A stretch of 35,561 bases of DNA from positions 1 through 35,561 of the forward strand of contig PFEG01000041.1 of assembly GCA_002793885.1 (NCBI GenBank). The letters run 5' to 3'. This document shows, piece by piece, positions 1-8,083 of this stretch; position 1 is the first letter of the stretch, and each line of letters begins with the position of its first letter. The DNA is from Candidatus Saccharibacteria bacterium CG10_big_fil_rev_8_21_14_0_10_47_8 (GTDB lineage Bacteria > Patescibacteriota > Saccharimonadia > Saccharimonadales > UBA10212). A model generated the notes under the pieces. That model did not search any database. It saw nothing but the letters and a program-made list of their open reading frames with translations, and was not told the origin of the DNA. The translations under genes and the position numbers were made by a program.

Positions 1-91
1 AGTTGCTAATCTGTTACGTTTTACGTTGATTAACTCTTGTACTGCGCAGTAACAGATATCGGGGGGTAGTGAGCAGTTACTTACGCACCAG

Positions 92-120
92 TTGACCTTT
101 TTACTAATTAGTGTTATTGT
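92..120 (+). promoter_or_regulatory. sigma70-type promoter of the TyrRS paralog
   Basis: TTGACC (92-97), 17-nt spacer, TG-n-TATTGT (112-120). The ATG at 130 follows 9 nt later, so the mRNA is nearly leaderless. Confidence 0.55.
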
Positions 121-129
121 TTGTCTAGT

Positions 130-1374
130 ATGACCTCAGGTGAGAGATTCTATGAACGCAGCTTTGAGTCTCTTGAAGGCATCCCGACGGATGAATTCAT
201 GTCTCTCTTGCGAGTTAAGACTGAAAAGGCAATTACTTTCGACCGAATTGAGGCCCGCTTACAGGATGGTGAGCCTCTGAATATTAAATTCGGAACCGAC
301 CCTACCGGACCAGACCTGCACCTTGGACATATTGTCCCTATTCGTGTACTCGATTTATTCAGTAGAGCAAACCACAATATTGATTTAATATTTGGTGATT
401 TTACTGCAAAAGTTGGAGATCCATCTGGGCGAAAAGACGGCAGACCAGCGCTAACTGATGAAAAGATTGCCGAGAATATGTCTACTTTCCAGGATCAAGT
501 CAATAAGTACTTTGATACGAAGCGAGAAAATGTTAATATCCATGCAAACAGTGTTTGGCTGGGTAGAATGGCACTGGCTGATGTATTTGGTTATTTTGCA
601 GCGATTAATCTCACTGAAGCAACACAACGCAATGATTTCCGTGAACGCATGCAAAAGGGCGAATCAGTAAGTCTTGCTGAAACAGTCTATGGCACCTTAA
701 TGGGGATAGATTCCGTTCACTTAGACACCGATATTGAAGTAGGGGGCCTTGACCAACTTTTAAACTTTCAACAAGCAAGGACTGTTCAAAAAGCAAGTGG
801 GCAAACTGCTGAAGAGATTATCATGACCCCCATTCTTGAAGGTACTTCTGGTGATGGCCATAAAATGAGTAAATCATTCGACAATTACGTTCCGGTGAGT
901 GCCGAGCCTGGTGAGGTGTTTGGCAAGATCATGTCGATACCAGACTCTCTGATTATCCCCTACCTGAAAGCATACGCACCTCTATATCAGAGCGACCTTG
1001 CTGCTATCGAATTAACGACCGCAGAACAACCACTCGAAATGAAAAAACAACTTGCTACCTATATGGCCGCCATCTCATCTGCTAATTATGATAGTGGCGT
1101 GCAAGCCCGCGAAAAATTTGAACGACGATTTGCTGCTAAAAATATCAGCGAAGCTGATGCAACTACTCTTTCCTTTCAAAATAAAAACCTCACAGATACC
1201 CTCTTGAGTTCAGGAGACTTCAAGTCACGCAGTGAACTCCGGCGTTTAGCCGAACAGGGCGGCATTAAAATCAATGGTACGAAAATCACAGCGGACGATC
1301 TAAATGAATTACCAGCATCAGGCTCCCTTGTAACTGTCGGTAAACATAGGATCTACACTGTCTCAGGCGAATAA
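130..1374 (+). CDS. tyrS: Tyrosyl-tRNA synthetase-like protein (divergent, probable paralog)
   Basis: IKFGTDPTGPDLHLGH (HIGH), GDPSG, GGLDQ, KMSKS and a C-terminal S4-like domain (SRSELRRLAEQGGIKING). The YPLMQGYD motif reads YGTLMGID. Start placed at ATG 130 from the promoter position. Confidence 0.85.
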   Translation: MTSGERFYERSFESLEGIPTDEFMSLLRVKTEKAITFDRIEARLQDGEPLNIKFGTDPTGPDLHLGHIVPIRVLDLFSRANHNIDLIFGDFTAKVGDPSGRKDGRPALTDEKIAENMSTFQDQVNKYFDTKRENVNIHANSVWLGRMALADVFGYFAAINLTEATQRNDFRERMQKGESVSLAETVYGTLMGIDSVHLDTDIEVGGLDQLLNFQQARTVQKASGQTAEEIIMTPILEGTSGDGHKMSKSFDNYVPVSAEPGEVFGKIMSIPDSLIIPYLKAYAPLYQSDLAAIELTTAEQPLEMKKQLATYMAAISSANYDSGVQAREKFERRFAAKNISEADATTLSFQNKNLTDTLLSSGDFKSRSELRRLAEQGGIKINGTKITADDLNELPASGSLVTVGKHRIYTVSGE

Positions 1375-1377
1375 GTC

Positions 1378-1893
1378 ATGACCAATGAAGTACTTGGTTT
1401 TAATATTTGGACCAAGAACATGCCGCAGCCATTTCTGGATAGTTTTGTGGAATTCGCCGATCGACAAGATTTACCAGTGGTAGCTATCGTTGACGATGTA
1501 TTACCTGCTGTAGTATTCAAACGATCAGAAGATGAATCATCAGAATACAGCCAAGCCTATGTTCACCATATGCAAAAAATAGGATTTGATCAAGTCCACC
1601 TGGTATCAGAACTACTAGTTGATAGGGACAAAGATCTTACTCGCTACTACGAAATTAGTAGCCGCATAGGCTTATCAGCATTTTTAGGACTATTGCCCGA
1701 AAAAAAGCGGCAAGCACTGGATGATCTTTTACTGACTGAGACAATCGACACCTGCTGGCAATTAAGTGTACTAGAATCGGGGATTATACAGGCTAGCGTT
1801 ACCAAGTATTTGACTGGCAAGCGCTCAACGGCACTTTTTAGGCTCGCTAAAAATACTATAGGTGGTTTTGATTTCGATGTTATCGATCAGTAA
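1378..1893 (+). CDS. Hypothetical 171-aa protein resembling a truncated class Ic aaRS (TyrRS-like) Rossmann catalytic core lacking HIGH/KMSKS
   Basis: Starts 3 nt after the tyrS stop. Segments VLGFNIWT / VVAIVDD / VHLVSEL / YYEISSRIGLSAF / ETIDTCWQLSVL / YLTGKRSTALFRLAK follow the order of archaeal-type TyrRS elements YIGFEPS / IILLAD / YVYGSEF / VYRLALKTTLKRA / EVIYPIMQVNDI / AVGGMEQRKIHMLAR (alignment by eye). Confidence 0.5.
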   Translation: MTNEVLGFNIWTKNMPQPFLDSFVEFADRQDLPVVAIVDDVLPAVVFKRSEDESSEYSQAYVHHMQKIGFDQVHLVSELLVDRDKDLTRYYEISSRIGLSAFLGLLPEKKRQALDDLLLTETIDTCWQLSVLESGIIQASVTKYLTGKRSTALFRLAKNTIGGFDFDVIDQ

Positions 1894-1897
1894 GTGA

Positions 1898-2677
1898 CTA
1901 TTCTTTTAACAAAGCTTTTGTAATTAAATGTTTACTGTGACCAATATCTTCGAAGGTACGCAGTTGTTGGGGGCTAAATAGAGCTGCAAATTGCTCCAGG
2001 AGTGGTCTACTAACCATCTTATCCTTATTACCGTAATAGATAGTGGTTTTCTCAGCAAAACCCTCACCAACCTCTACGAGTCCATCTGGGTGTTCGCCTT
2101 GAAAGTATTGGTACAACTCGTCCTTATTTTCCAGACGAATGACCTTTTCGTATCCACGTGCTAAAAATTGGGTAAATTGGGCATTATAGCTATAAAAATT
2201 ATCAATTACTGATGCATTTACGGTTGTAAGTTGAGTTTTATTAACAAGTCCTAATGGGGCAACAAACGATATTGAGTCAATGGTACTTGCTTCCAGCTTT
2301 GTGGTAGCACGTGCTAATGGATTAGCACCAAAACTATAGCTAAGCAAAGAAAGGGGTCCCGTAAACGATACTAGCTGTTTGTCTGTGAAGGCGTCTTTAA
2401 AACCCCCCGCACGAATTGCTTCTACGCAATCCACTATACTTTGCGAAGTTCCTTGCACGCTGAATGTCCCTGCACTCAGCCAGTAGCCATAGTAGTAGAG
2501 CACCATAAAGGCCTGGTTGCGCAAAGCTTCGGGTAAGCTTTTAAAGTAGGCTTTATCCGGATAGTTTGGTATACCAGGCACACAGACGGTTACACCATCA
2601 ACAGACCCCAGGTCTTGAGCCCAGTAATATAAATGCACACGCAGGCCATCTGGCGAAACAAGAAGTTGTTCGATCAT
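1898..2677 (-). CDS. Alpha/beta-fold hydrolase
   Basis: Oxyanion-like CVPGIP, nucleophile elbow S-Y-S-F-G, acid GNKDKMV and His DIGHS, in Ser-Asp-His order. Confidence 0.75.
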   Translation of the reverse strand: MIEQLLVSPDGLRVHLYYWAQDLGSVDGVTVCVPGIPNYPDKAYFKSLPEALRNQAFMVLYYYGYWLSAGTFSVQGTSQSIVDCVEAIRAGGFKDAFTDKQLVSFTGPLSLLSYSFGANPLARATTKLEASTIDSISFVAPLGLVNKTQLTTVNASVIDNFYSYNAQFTQFLARGYEKVIRLENKDELYQYFQGEHPDGLVEVGEGFAEKTTIYYGNKDKMVSRPLLEQFAALFSPQQLRTFEDIGHSKHLITKALLKE

Positions 2678-2760
2678 TTAATAGATATCCTTGCAGTAAT
2701 TATTCAGGATGTGAATACTATACATTAGTATATGATGAATCATACTGTTTTGGTACGTTT

Positions 2761-3558
2761 ATGAAAAAAAGAATATTAGTTATAACAGACTGTAGCGACA
2801 TTGCCGCTAATGACCTTTACGCTACCTTAGTGACCAATCTTGATAATTTGAATACAAATAAGGTTGTTGTAGAGCCGATTGTTGTTGTATCTGAATTTTC
2901 GGTACTGCATGCAAGTTTCGTTGCTCGGCTACTAGCTGAAGCATACAACCCTGATTCTTTAACCATACTGGCGGTTGTGAACCCTCTTGATACATCCACT
3001 GCAAAAAGAGCTAGAATTGCAGGACGCTTAAAAAATGGCATTAAGATTGTTGGGGCGAACACCGGTGTCTTTACCTGGCTCATTAATGATTACGGGCTGG
3101 ATGAGGTGTGTGAGACAGATGCGACTGGTTTACAGGGAAAAGATTTTATTTCATTTGGTGGTAAGTATATTCACGCTCCAATAGCAGCCAAGTACGCCGT
3201 GACGGACGACATTAATAGTATAAAGATTGCTGATTTTACAGAAAACGACTTAATGAAGCTTGAATATATGCCCGGAATGGTACTTCATATTGATAATTTT
3301 GGTGTGGCTAAAATTTTCTTAAACGCTAATGATTTCTCGGCCAACAATGGAGATCATCTAACACTACGAAAAAATGGTAAAGAACTAGGCGAGCTCACAT
3401 ATTGTCACAGCATGAAAGAATTGCCTGACGGTGCGCTTGCACTCTATAAAGGTAGCTCACTTGGTTTGCTAGAAATTGGAACAGTACGAAAGCTTGGAAC
3501 GGCTAAAGAACTAGGTTTAACTATCGGTGACGTCGTTGAGATTATTCCTGATCACTGA
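2761..3558 (+). CDS. SAM hydrolase / SAM-dependent halogenase family protein (DUF62/SalL/FlA fold), atypical active site
   Basis: ILVITD, LAVVNP...KRARIA, IVGANTG, SFGGKYIHAPIAA, VLHIDNFG and LLEIG...AKELGLTIGDVV match the family motifs TDFG, VVDP..R, GPDNG, TFHGRDIFAPVAA, IDxFGN and LEIA...AA..LGL..GD. The real start is ATG 2761, not 2566. Confidence 0.8.
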   Translation: MKKRILVITDCSDIAANDLYATLVTNLDNLNTNKVVVEPIVVVSEFSVLHASFVARLLAEAYNPDSLTILAVVNPLDTSTAKRARIAGRLKNGIKIVGANTGVFTWLINDYGLDEVCETDATGLQGKDFISFGGKYIHAPIAAKYAVTDDINSIKIADFTENDLMKLEYMPGMVLHIDNFGVAKIFLNANDFSANNGDHLTLRKNGKELGELTYCHSMKELPDGALALYKGSSLGLLEIGTVRKLGTAKELGLTIGDVVEIIPDH

Positions 3559-4048
3559 CCAAAAGCTGTATGGCCAGTTCGGTCTCGTCAGTATCTACGA
3601 CGTGAATAATATTTTTGATAGCAAGTTTTTCAAATTCATCACCACCAAGCTTCTTATCTGGGATAGAAAGTTTACCATACTGTTCACGCAGTAGATATTT
3701 GAAGGTTTCACACAAAGATTGGGCATTCTCTCCACGAATCACATAGACACCTGAAATGCTAGAAATCATATAAAGCAATTTTCGAGTTTTCCAGTCAGTA
3801 CCAAATAAAATATCGTTGTCATTAAATCGAAAAATATCATTATAAATAACTAAAACTGCGTCTCTGTTAAACTGGTATTTAGTTTGATAAGAAATTTCTA
3901 AGTTATTGTCATTCACAAACTTCGTTAAATGCTCGACGTGCTTGGAAGAATAATTTGGCTTAAGTATGATAATTGCATGCTCAAATCCAGCATATTTGCT
4001 TGGGTCTTTACGATAGTTAAATTGACTAGCTAGCAGTTTATCTTGCAT
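3542..4048 (-). CDS. Nucleoside diphosphate kinase-like protein
   Basis: AIIILKPN (TFxxIKPD), YMISS...VIRGENA (FMTSGP...LEGENA) and NIIHVVD (NxxHGSD, phospho-His kept). Start at 4048 is supported by TG-n-TATGAT 6 nt upstream on the minus strand. Confidence 0.7.
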   Translation of the reverse strand: MQDKLLASQFNYRKDPSKYAGFEHAIIILKPNYSSKHVEHLTKFVNDNNLEISYQTKYQFNRDAVLVIYNDIFRFNDNDILFGTDWKTRKLLYMISSISGVYVIRGENAQSLCETFKYLLREQYGKLSIPDKKLGGDEFEKLAIKNIIHVVDTDETELAIQLLVSDQE

Positions 4049-4184
4049 GCAGCTATCATAACATGGTAAATCTCGCCTTTTGTGCTGATATAATAGTGTC
4101 GAGATTATATAGTACCTCATTAACTTCTTACAGAATGTTCCGGACCCATATGCTTAGCCAAGACGATTATCAAAGGAGACCTGT

Positions 4185-4895
4185 GTGTCCAAAGACCTAG
4201 TTATTAGAGACGATGTAGTTTCATACCGTGAAATGTGCGATATAGAAAATGTCCAAACTCTTCAAAGAGGGATGAATTATAGGTTAAATCCGAACTACTC
4301 AGTAGTTTTAATGTCGCAACGCTCAAATGCACCCTATACTGACCGGGTTCATGATGATGGTGTCACGGTTGAGTACGAAGGACATGATGTATCCAGGAAA
4401 GCTCATAACCACAATCCAAAATTTGAAGACCAAGCCGCTTTTTTACCTACTGGCAAGTTAACTCAAAACGGATTGTTCATTAAAGCCGTTGAGGATTATA
4501 AAAAAGGTATCTCAAAGCCTGAATTGGTCAAAATATATGAAAAAGTGTTGCCCGGAGTATGGTCACTAAAAGGTATCTTTGATCTCTTCGACTATAAGCA
4601 ATTATTTGATAATGGTCGGCATGTATATAGATTCATTTTGCGTTTATCCGATAATCAAAAAATAAACATTGAAACAAGTACTCAAAGTATTGAACATACA
4701 AGAATTATACCCAGTAAAGTTAAGCAAGAGGTATGGAAAAGAGATAATGGAGAGTGTGTATTATGTGGCTCACAAGAGAATTTACACTTTGATCATGAGC
4801 TACCATTCTCTAAGGGAGGTACGAGCTTAACTTCAAAAAATGTAAGACTATTATGTATGAAACATAATCTGGAAAAATCTGCCAAAATAGAATAA
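4185..4895 (+). CDS. HNH endonuclease with SRA-like N-terminal domain (putative modification-dependent restriction enzyme)
   Basis: C-terminal RIIPSKVKQEVWKRDNGECVLCG...HFDHELPFSKGGT...NVRLLCMKHNLEKS (HNH with Zn ligands). N-terminal PYTDR...VEYEGHD...QNG resembles an SRA/YDG domain. GTG start after AAGGAG. Confidence 0.75.
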   Translation: MSKDLVIRDDVVSYREMCDIENVQTLQRGMNYRLNPNYSVVLMSQRSNAPYTDRVHDDGVTVEYEGHDVSRKAHNHNPKFEDQAAFLPTGKLTQNGLFIKAVEDYKKGISKPELVKIYEKVLPGVWSLKGIFDLFDYKQLFDNGRHVYRFILRLSDNQKINIETSTQSIEHTRIIPSKVKQEVWKRDNGECVLCGSQENLHFDHELPFSKGGTSLTSKNVRLLCMKHNLEKSAKIE

Positions 4896-5032
4896 ATCTT
4901 GACCAATACGCTCAGCCAGAGTGAAAAGGTGCAGGACTGATTCCACGTGCCCCTGCCATTATTGCCAGCGATCGTTTTTTGCCAAACATTAACTCTTTCC
5001 AGATAGCCAGACCAAGTGGTAGTATTTAATAG

Positions 5033-5692
5033 ATGAGTAAACTAGTTTTAAGCAAGCCAGTAGTTATATTTTTGTATGGTTTCCCGGGCTCCGGTAAAAG
5101 TTACGTGGCACGTAACTTATCGGAGTCAATTGAGATGGCCAATGTCAACGCCGATAGACTACGCAGCGAACTCTTTGAACACCCCCGTTACGACTCTCAA
5201 GAAAACGCCATAATCACCCACCTGATGAACTATATGACCGAAGAGTTCCTAAGCTCCGGTGTTAGTGTAGTTTATGATGCCAGCGCCGCCCGCCTGACTA
5301 CTCGGCGCAACCTACGCGAGCTTGCCAGAAGACATAAAGCCGAGCACCTACTGGTATGGCTGCAAATAGATGTCGAGAGTGCCTATGCCCGCACTCAAAA
5401 CAGAGACAGGCGAACATCGGACGATAAATACGCCGAGCCACAAAGCCGCCTGTCGTTTGATAAACAGATAGCCGGTATGCAGCACCCCAAAGGCGAAGAT
5501 TACCTGGTAATCAGCGGAAAACACTCTTTTGCGACTCAAAAAAGCGCCATCATAAATCGCCTTTATCAAGCAAGTTTGATCAATAGTGGAACCATGCAGA
5601 GTAACGTTGCTAAACCCGGGCTTGTAAACTTGGTGCCCAACCTACATGGTGGCCGGGTCGATATGACGCGGCGTAACATTACTATAGGCTGA
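5033..5692 (+). CDS. P-loop kinase (AAA_33-like ATP-binding protein)
   Basis: Walker A GFPGSGKS, ADRLRSEL, VVYDA. Confidence 0.75.
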   Translation: MSKLVLSKPVVIFLYGFPGSGKSYVARNLSESIEMANVNADRLRSELFEHPRYDSQENAIITHLMNYMTEEFLSSGVSVVYDASAARLTTRRNLRELARRHKAEHLLVWLQIDVESAYARTQNRDRRTSDDKYAEPQSRLSFDKQIAGMQHPKGEDYLVISGKHSFATQKSAIINRLYQASLINSGTMQSNVAKPGLVNLVPNLHGGRVDMTRRNITIG

Positions 5693-5694
5693 GT

Positions 5695-6402
5695 ATGGCC
5701 CAGCGCATCGTCTTAATACCTGGCATCGGCGAGGTCACATTAGCTAAGCGGCGGGGCAGTTCGCATCTGCGCTTAAGCGTCACGGCTAACGGCCGCATAA
5801 GAGTTGGGCTTCCGCACTGGACGCCTTACGCTACCGGTATAGCCTTCGCCAAAAGTCGCCAGGAATGGATAACTGCTCAGCTGAATAAACATCCACAGGC
5901 CGTACTTATAAATGGTAGCCTGATTGGTAAAGCTCATAGGTTGCATTATATTGATACCAAGCAAACGGGTTCTAAAATTAAAACCAGAATCACTTCTACT
6001 ACCATAGAGATAAGGAGTTCTCTTGCCTATGACTCACCCAAAGTCCAGGAAAAAGCCCAGATAGCATCTGAACGGGCCCTAAAAGCTGAAACAATCAACT
6101 TACTTGTGCCTCGGCTGGCCAGCCTGGCCGCTCAGCACGATCTTGTTTACAACGATGTAAGAGTGCGTAAGTTAACTTCCAGGTGGGGCAGCTGCTCCAG
6201 TAATAAAACCATAACTCTTAGCTATTACTTGATACAGCTACCTTGGCCGTTGATTGATTACGTGTTGCTACATGAGCTGGCACACACTATCCACCTTCAT
6301 CACGGCGCTAATTTTTGGAACGGCCTGGAGCGTCTGCTACCTTCGGCCAAAAAAATCAGAAAAGAAATAAGACATCATAAACCGCGAATAGAACCAGCGT
6401 AA
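5695..6402 (+). CDS. YgjP/DUF45-type zinc metallopeptidase (M48-like)
   Basis: SRWGSCSS and IDYVLLHELAHTIHLHHGANFW (HExxH). Confidence 0.85.
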   Translation: MAQRIVLIPGIGEVTLAKRRGSSHLRLSVTANGRIRVGLPHWTPYATGIAFAKSRQEWITAQLNKHPQAVLINGSLIGKAHRLHYIDTKQTGSKIKTRITSTTIEIRSSLAYDSPKVQEKAQIASERALKAETINLLVPRLASLAAQHDLVYNDVRVRKLTSRWGSCSSNKTITLSYYLIQLPWPLIDYVLLHELAHTIHLHHGANFWNGLERLLPSAKKIRKEIRHHKPRIEPA

Positions 6403-6429
6403 GCAGTTTGTGACATAATAAGAGTGACT

Positions 6430-7578
6430 ATGAGCACTCTGCCCAAATTGGCCCAATCAACCGCCGATGAGTTAGACCATAACAGGCTACTGGCTTTAAT
6501 TAACAGTATGAGTGACGGGGTGCTGGCGTTGGACGACAAAGCCAAAATTATTTTAAGTAACAGTGTGGCCTTAAGCCTACTAGACTCCAATGCTATCAAC
6601 GGTAAACAGATTGGTCAAGTGTTGACGTTGGTTAACAACAGAGCCGGCGAACCCATAGATCTAGAAGACGTCATTTTTAACACCGAAACACCGATAGCCA
6701 ACCGCGATTGGCGCATAAACTATGCTGATGGCAGCAGTTTAAACTTATTCATCAGCATATCTCCGGTACACCGCGGTTTTGGCAGTGACGGCCAGAGTGG
6801 TTATGTGATTCTGATACGGGATATAACCCGAGAAAAATCTATCGAAGAAGAACGCGATGAATTTATCAGCGTCGCCTCACACGAGCTACGAACACCTATC
6901 GCAGTTGCTGAAGGTAGTATAAGCAACGCTTTGATGATGGCTCAAAAACAGGGGACTTCGAGCACAATTACGGAGACGTTAAACACTGCCCACCAACAGA
7001 TAGTTCTTTTGGGCAACATGATTAACGACCTATCAACCCTATCCAGAGCCGAGCGCGGCAGGCTCGGTATGGTTGTCGAAAACTTTAACGCTGACGAGTT
7101 GGTCTTATCTTTAGTGCACGACAATTTGCCCGTAGCCAAAACAAAAGGCCTGGAAATCATATACAAACCAGTAAGTCCTGCCGGCAGCCTGACCACCAGC
7201 CGCCTGTATGTCCGCGAAATATTGCAAAACTTTATAACCAACTCCCTAAAATACACCGAAAAGGGTCAAATAACTTTGCGGGCCAATAGCAAAGAAGACG
7301 GTATCGAATTTATAGTTAGCGACACTGGAATTGGCATCGCCAAAAGTGAGCAGGCCAAACTATTCACAAAATTTTTCAGAAGCAGTGATTGGCGCGTCAA
7401 AAACGTTAACGGAACAGGCTTAGGTCTATATGTCACTTCCAAACTGGCTAAACTCATTAATGCAAGATTGAATATGGATAGCGAGCTTAACAAAGGCAGC
7501 ACATTTAGCCTCTACGTACCCAATATTAAACAAACGCAGAAGCAGAAGCAACCTATCTCAGCCACTCAAGTTGCATAA
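6430..7578 (+). CDS. Cytoplasmic PAS-domain sensor histidine kinase
   Basis: PAS (LINSMSDGVLALD...RDITREK), H-box SHELRTP, N-box NFITNSLKYT, G1 DTGIGI, G2 GTGLGL. No transmembrane segment. Alternative GTG start at 6424. Confidence 0.9.
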   Translation: MSTLPKLAQSTADELDHNRLLALINSMSDGVLALDDKAKIILSNSVALSLLDSNAINGKQIGQVLTLVNNRAGEPIDLEDVIFNTETPIANRDWRINYADGSSLNLFISISPVHRGFGSDGQSGYVILIRDITREKSIEEERDEFISVASHELRTPIAVAEGSISNALMMAQKQGTSSTITETLNTAHQQIVLLGNMINDLSTLSRAERGRLGMVVENFNADELVLSLVHDNLPVAKTKGLEIIYKPVSPAGSLTTSRLYVREILQNFITNSLKYTEKGQITLRANSKEDGIEFIVSDTGIGIAKSEQAKLFTKFFRSSDWRVKNVNGTGLGLYVTSKLAKLINARLNMDSELNKGSTFSLYVPNIKQTQKQKQPISATQVA

Positions 7579-7655
7579 ATTACTCTAATCAGGTAGTATT
7601 GACATTGACAGCTTACTTTAACAAGTAAGTTTTTTTATTTTCTAGGGAGATTTAA

Positions 7656-8066
7656 ATGGCCGATTCGTCCAGGCCGAACCGAAAACCGCGTGTCCGCAAG
7701 ACCGCGCCGACGGTTCGGGAAAAAGCTCAGGCCGCGCAGTCTAAGGTAGGGTCCGCCAAGCCGAAAAAATTTCGGCGTCTTGCAAGGGCTACAACCAAGC
7801 CGTTTCGAGTCGTTAAAATCCCCAGTAACCCGGTAACCAGATTTCTGGGTAGAATCGGGAGAATCATCGGTAAGGTATTGGGCTGGCTGGTACCTCGCTA
7901 CTTTGTCAATTCTTGGCGTGAGGTCCGGCTTGTTACTTGGCCCGGCAGAAAAGAAACCTGGCGCCTAACGCTGGCTGTTGTTATCTTCGCTATCGTGTTT
8001 GGAGCTATGGTGGCTGGTGTGGATAAGGTAATCGATATACTGTTTCGTAAATTAGTACTTAAATAA
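7656..8066 (+). CDS. secE: Preprotein translocase subunit SecE with basic N-terminal extension
   Basis: SWREVRLVTWPGRKETWRLT followed by one transmembrane helix; directly upstream of nusG. Confidence 0.9.
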   Translation: MADSSRPNRKPRVRKTAPTVREKAQAAQSKVGSAKPKKFRRLARATTKPFRVVKIPSNPVTRFLGRIGRIIGKVLGWLVPRYFVNSWREVRLVTWPGRKETWRLTLAVVIFAIVFGAMVAGVDKVIDILFRKLVLK

Positions 8067-8083
8067 GGATAAGTTAAACTCAA

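Noticed and set aside
10..57. Inverted repeat ATCTGTTAC/GTAACAGAT upstream of the TyrRS gene; possible T-box leader
   Set aside because: There is no T-box consensus (AAGGTGGTACCGCG-like), it lies upstream of the predicted promoter, and the context is cut by the window edge.
2566..2760. 65-aa N-terminal extension of the DUF62-like ORF given in the ORF track
   Set aside because: It overlaps the opposite-strand hydrolase gene, and family similarity begins at MKKRILVITD (2761).
4049..4120. Longer start for the NDK-like ORF
   Set aside because: An extended -10 box sits 6 nt before ATG 4048, and the extra residues look non-coding.
6430..7578. Orphan histidine kinase without a response regulator
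   Set aside because: Orphan PAS kinases are common, and the partner may lie elsewhere in the genome.
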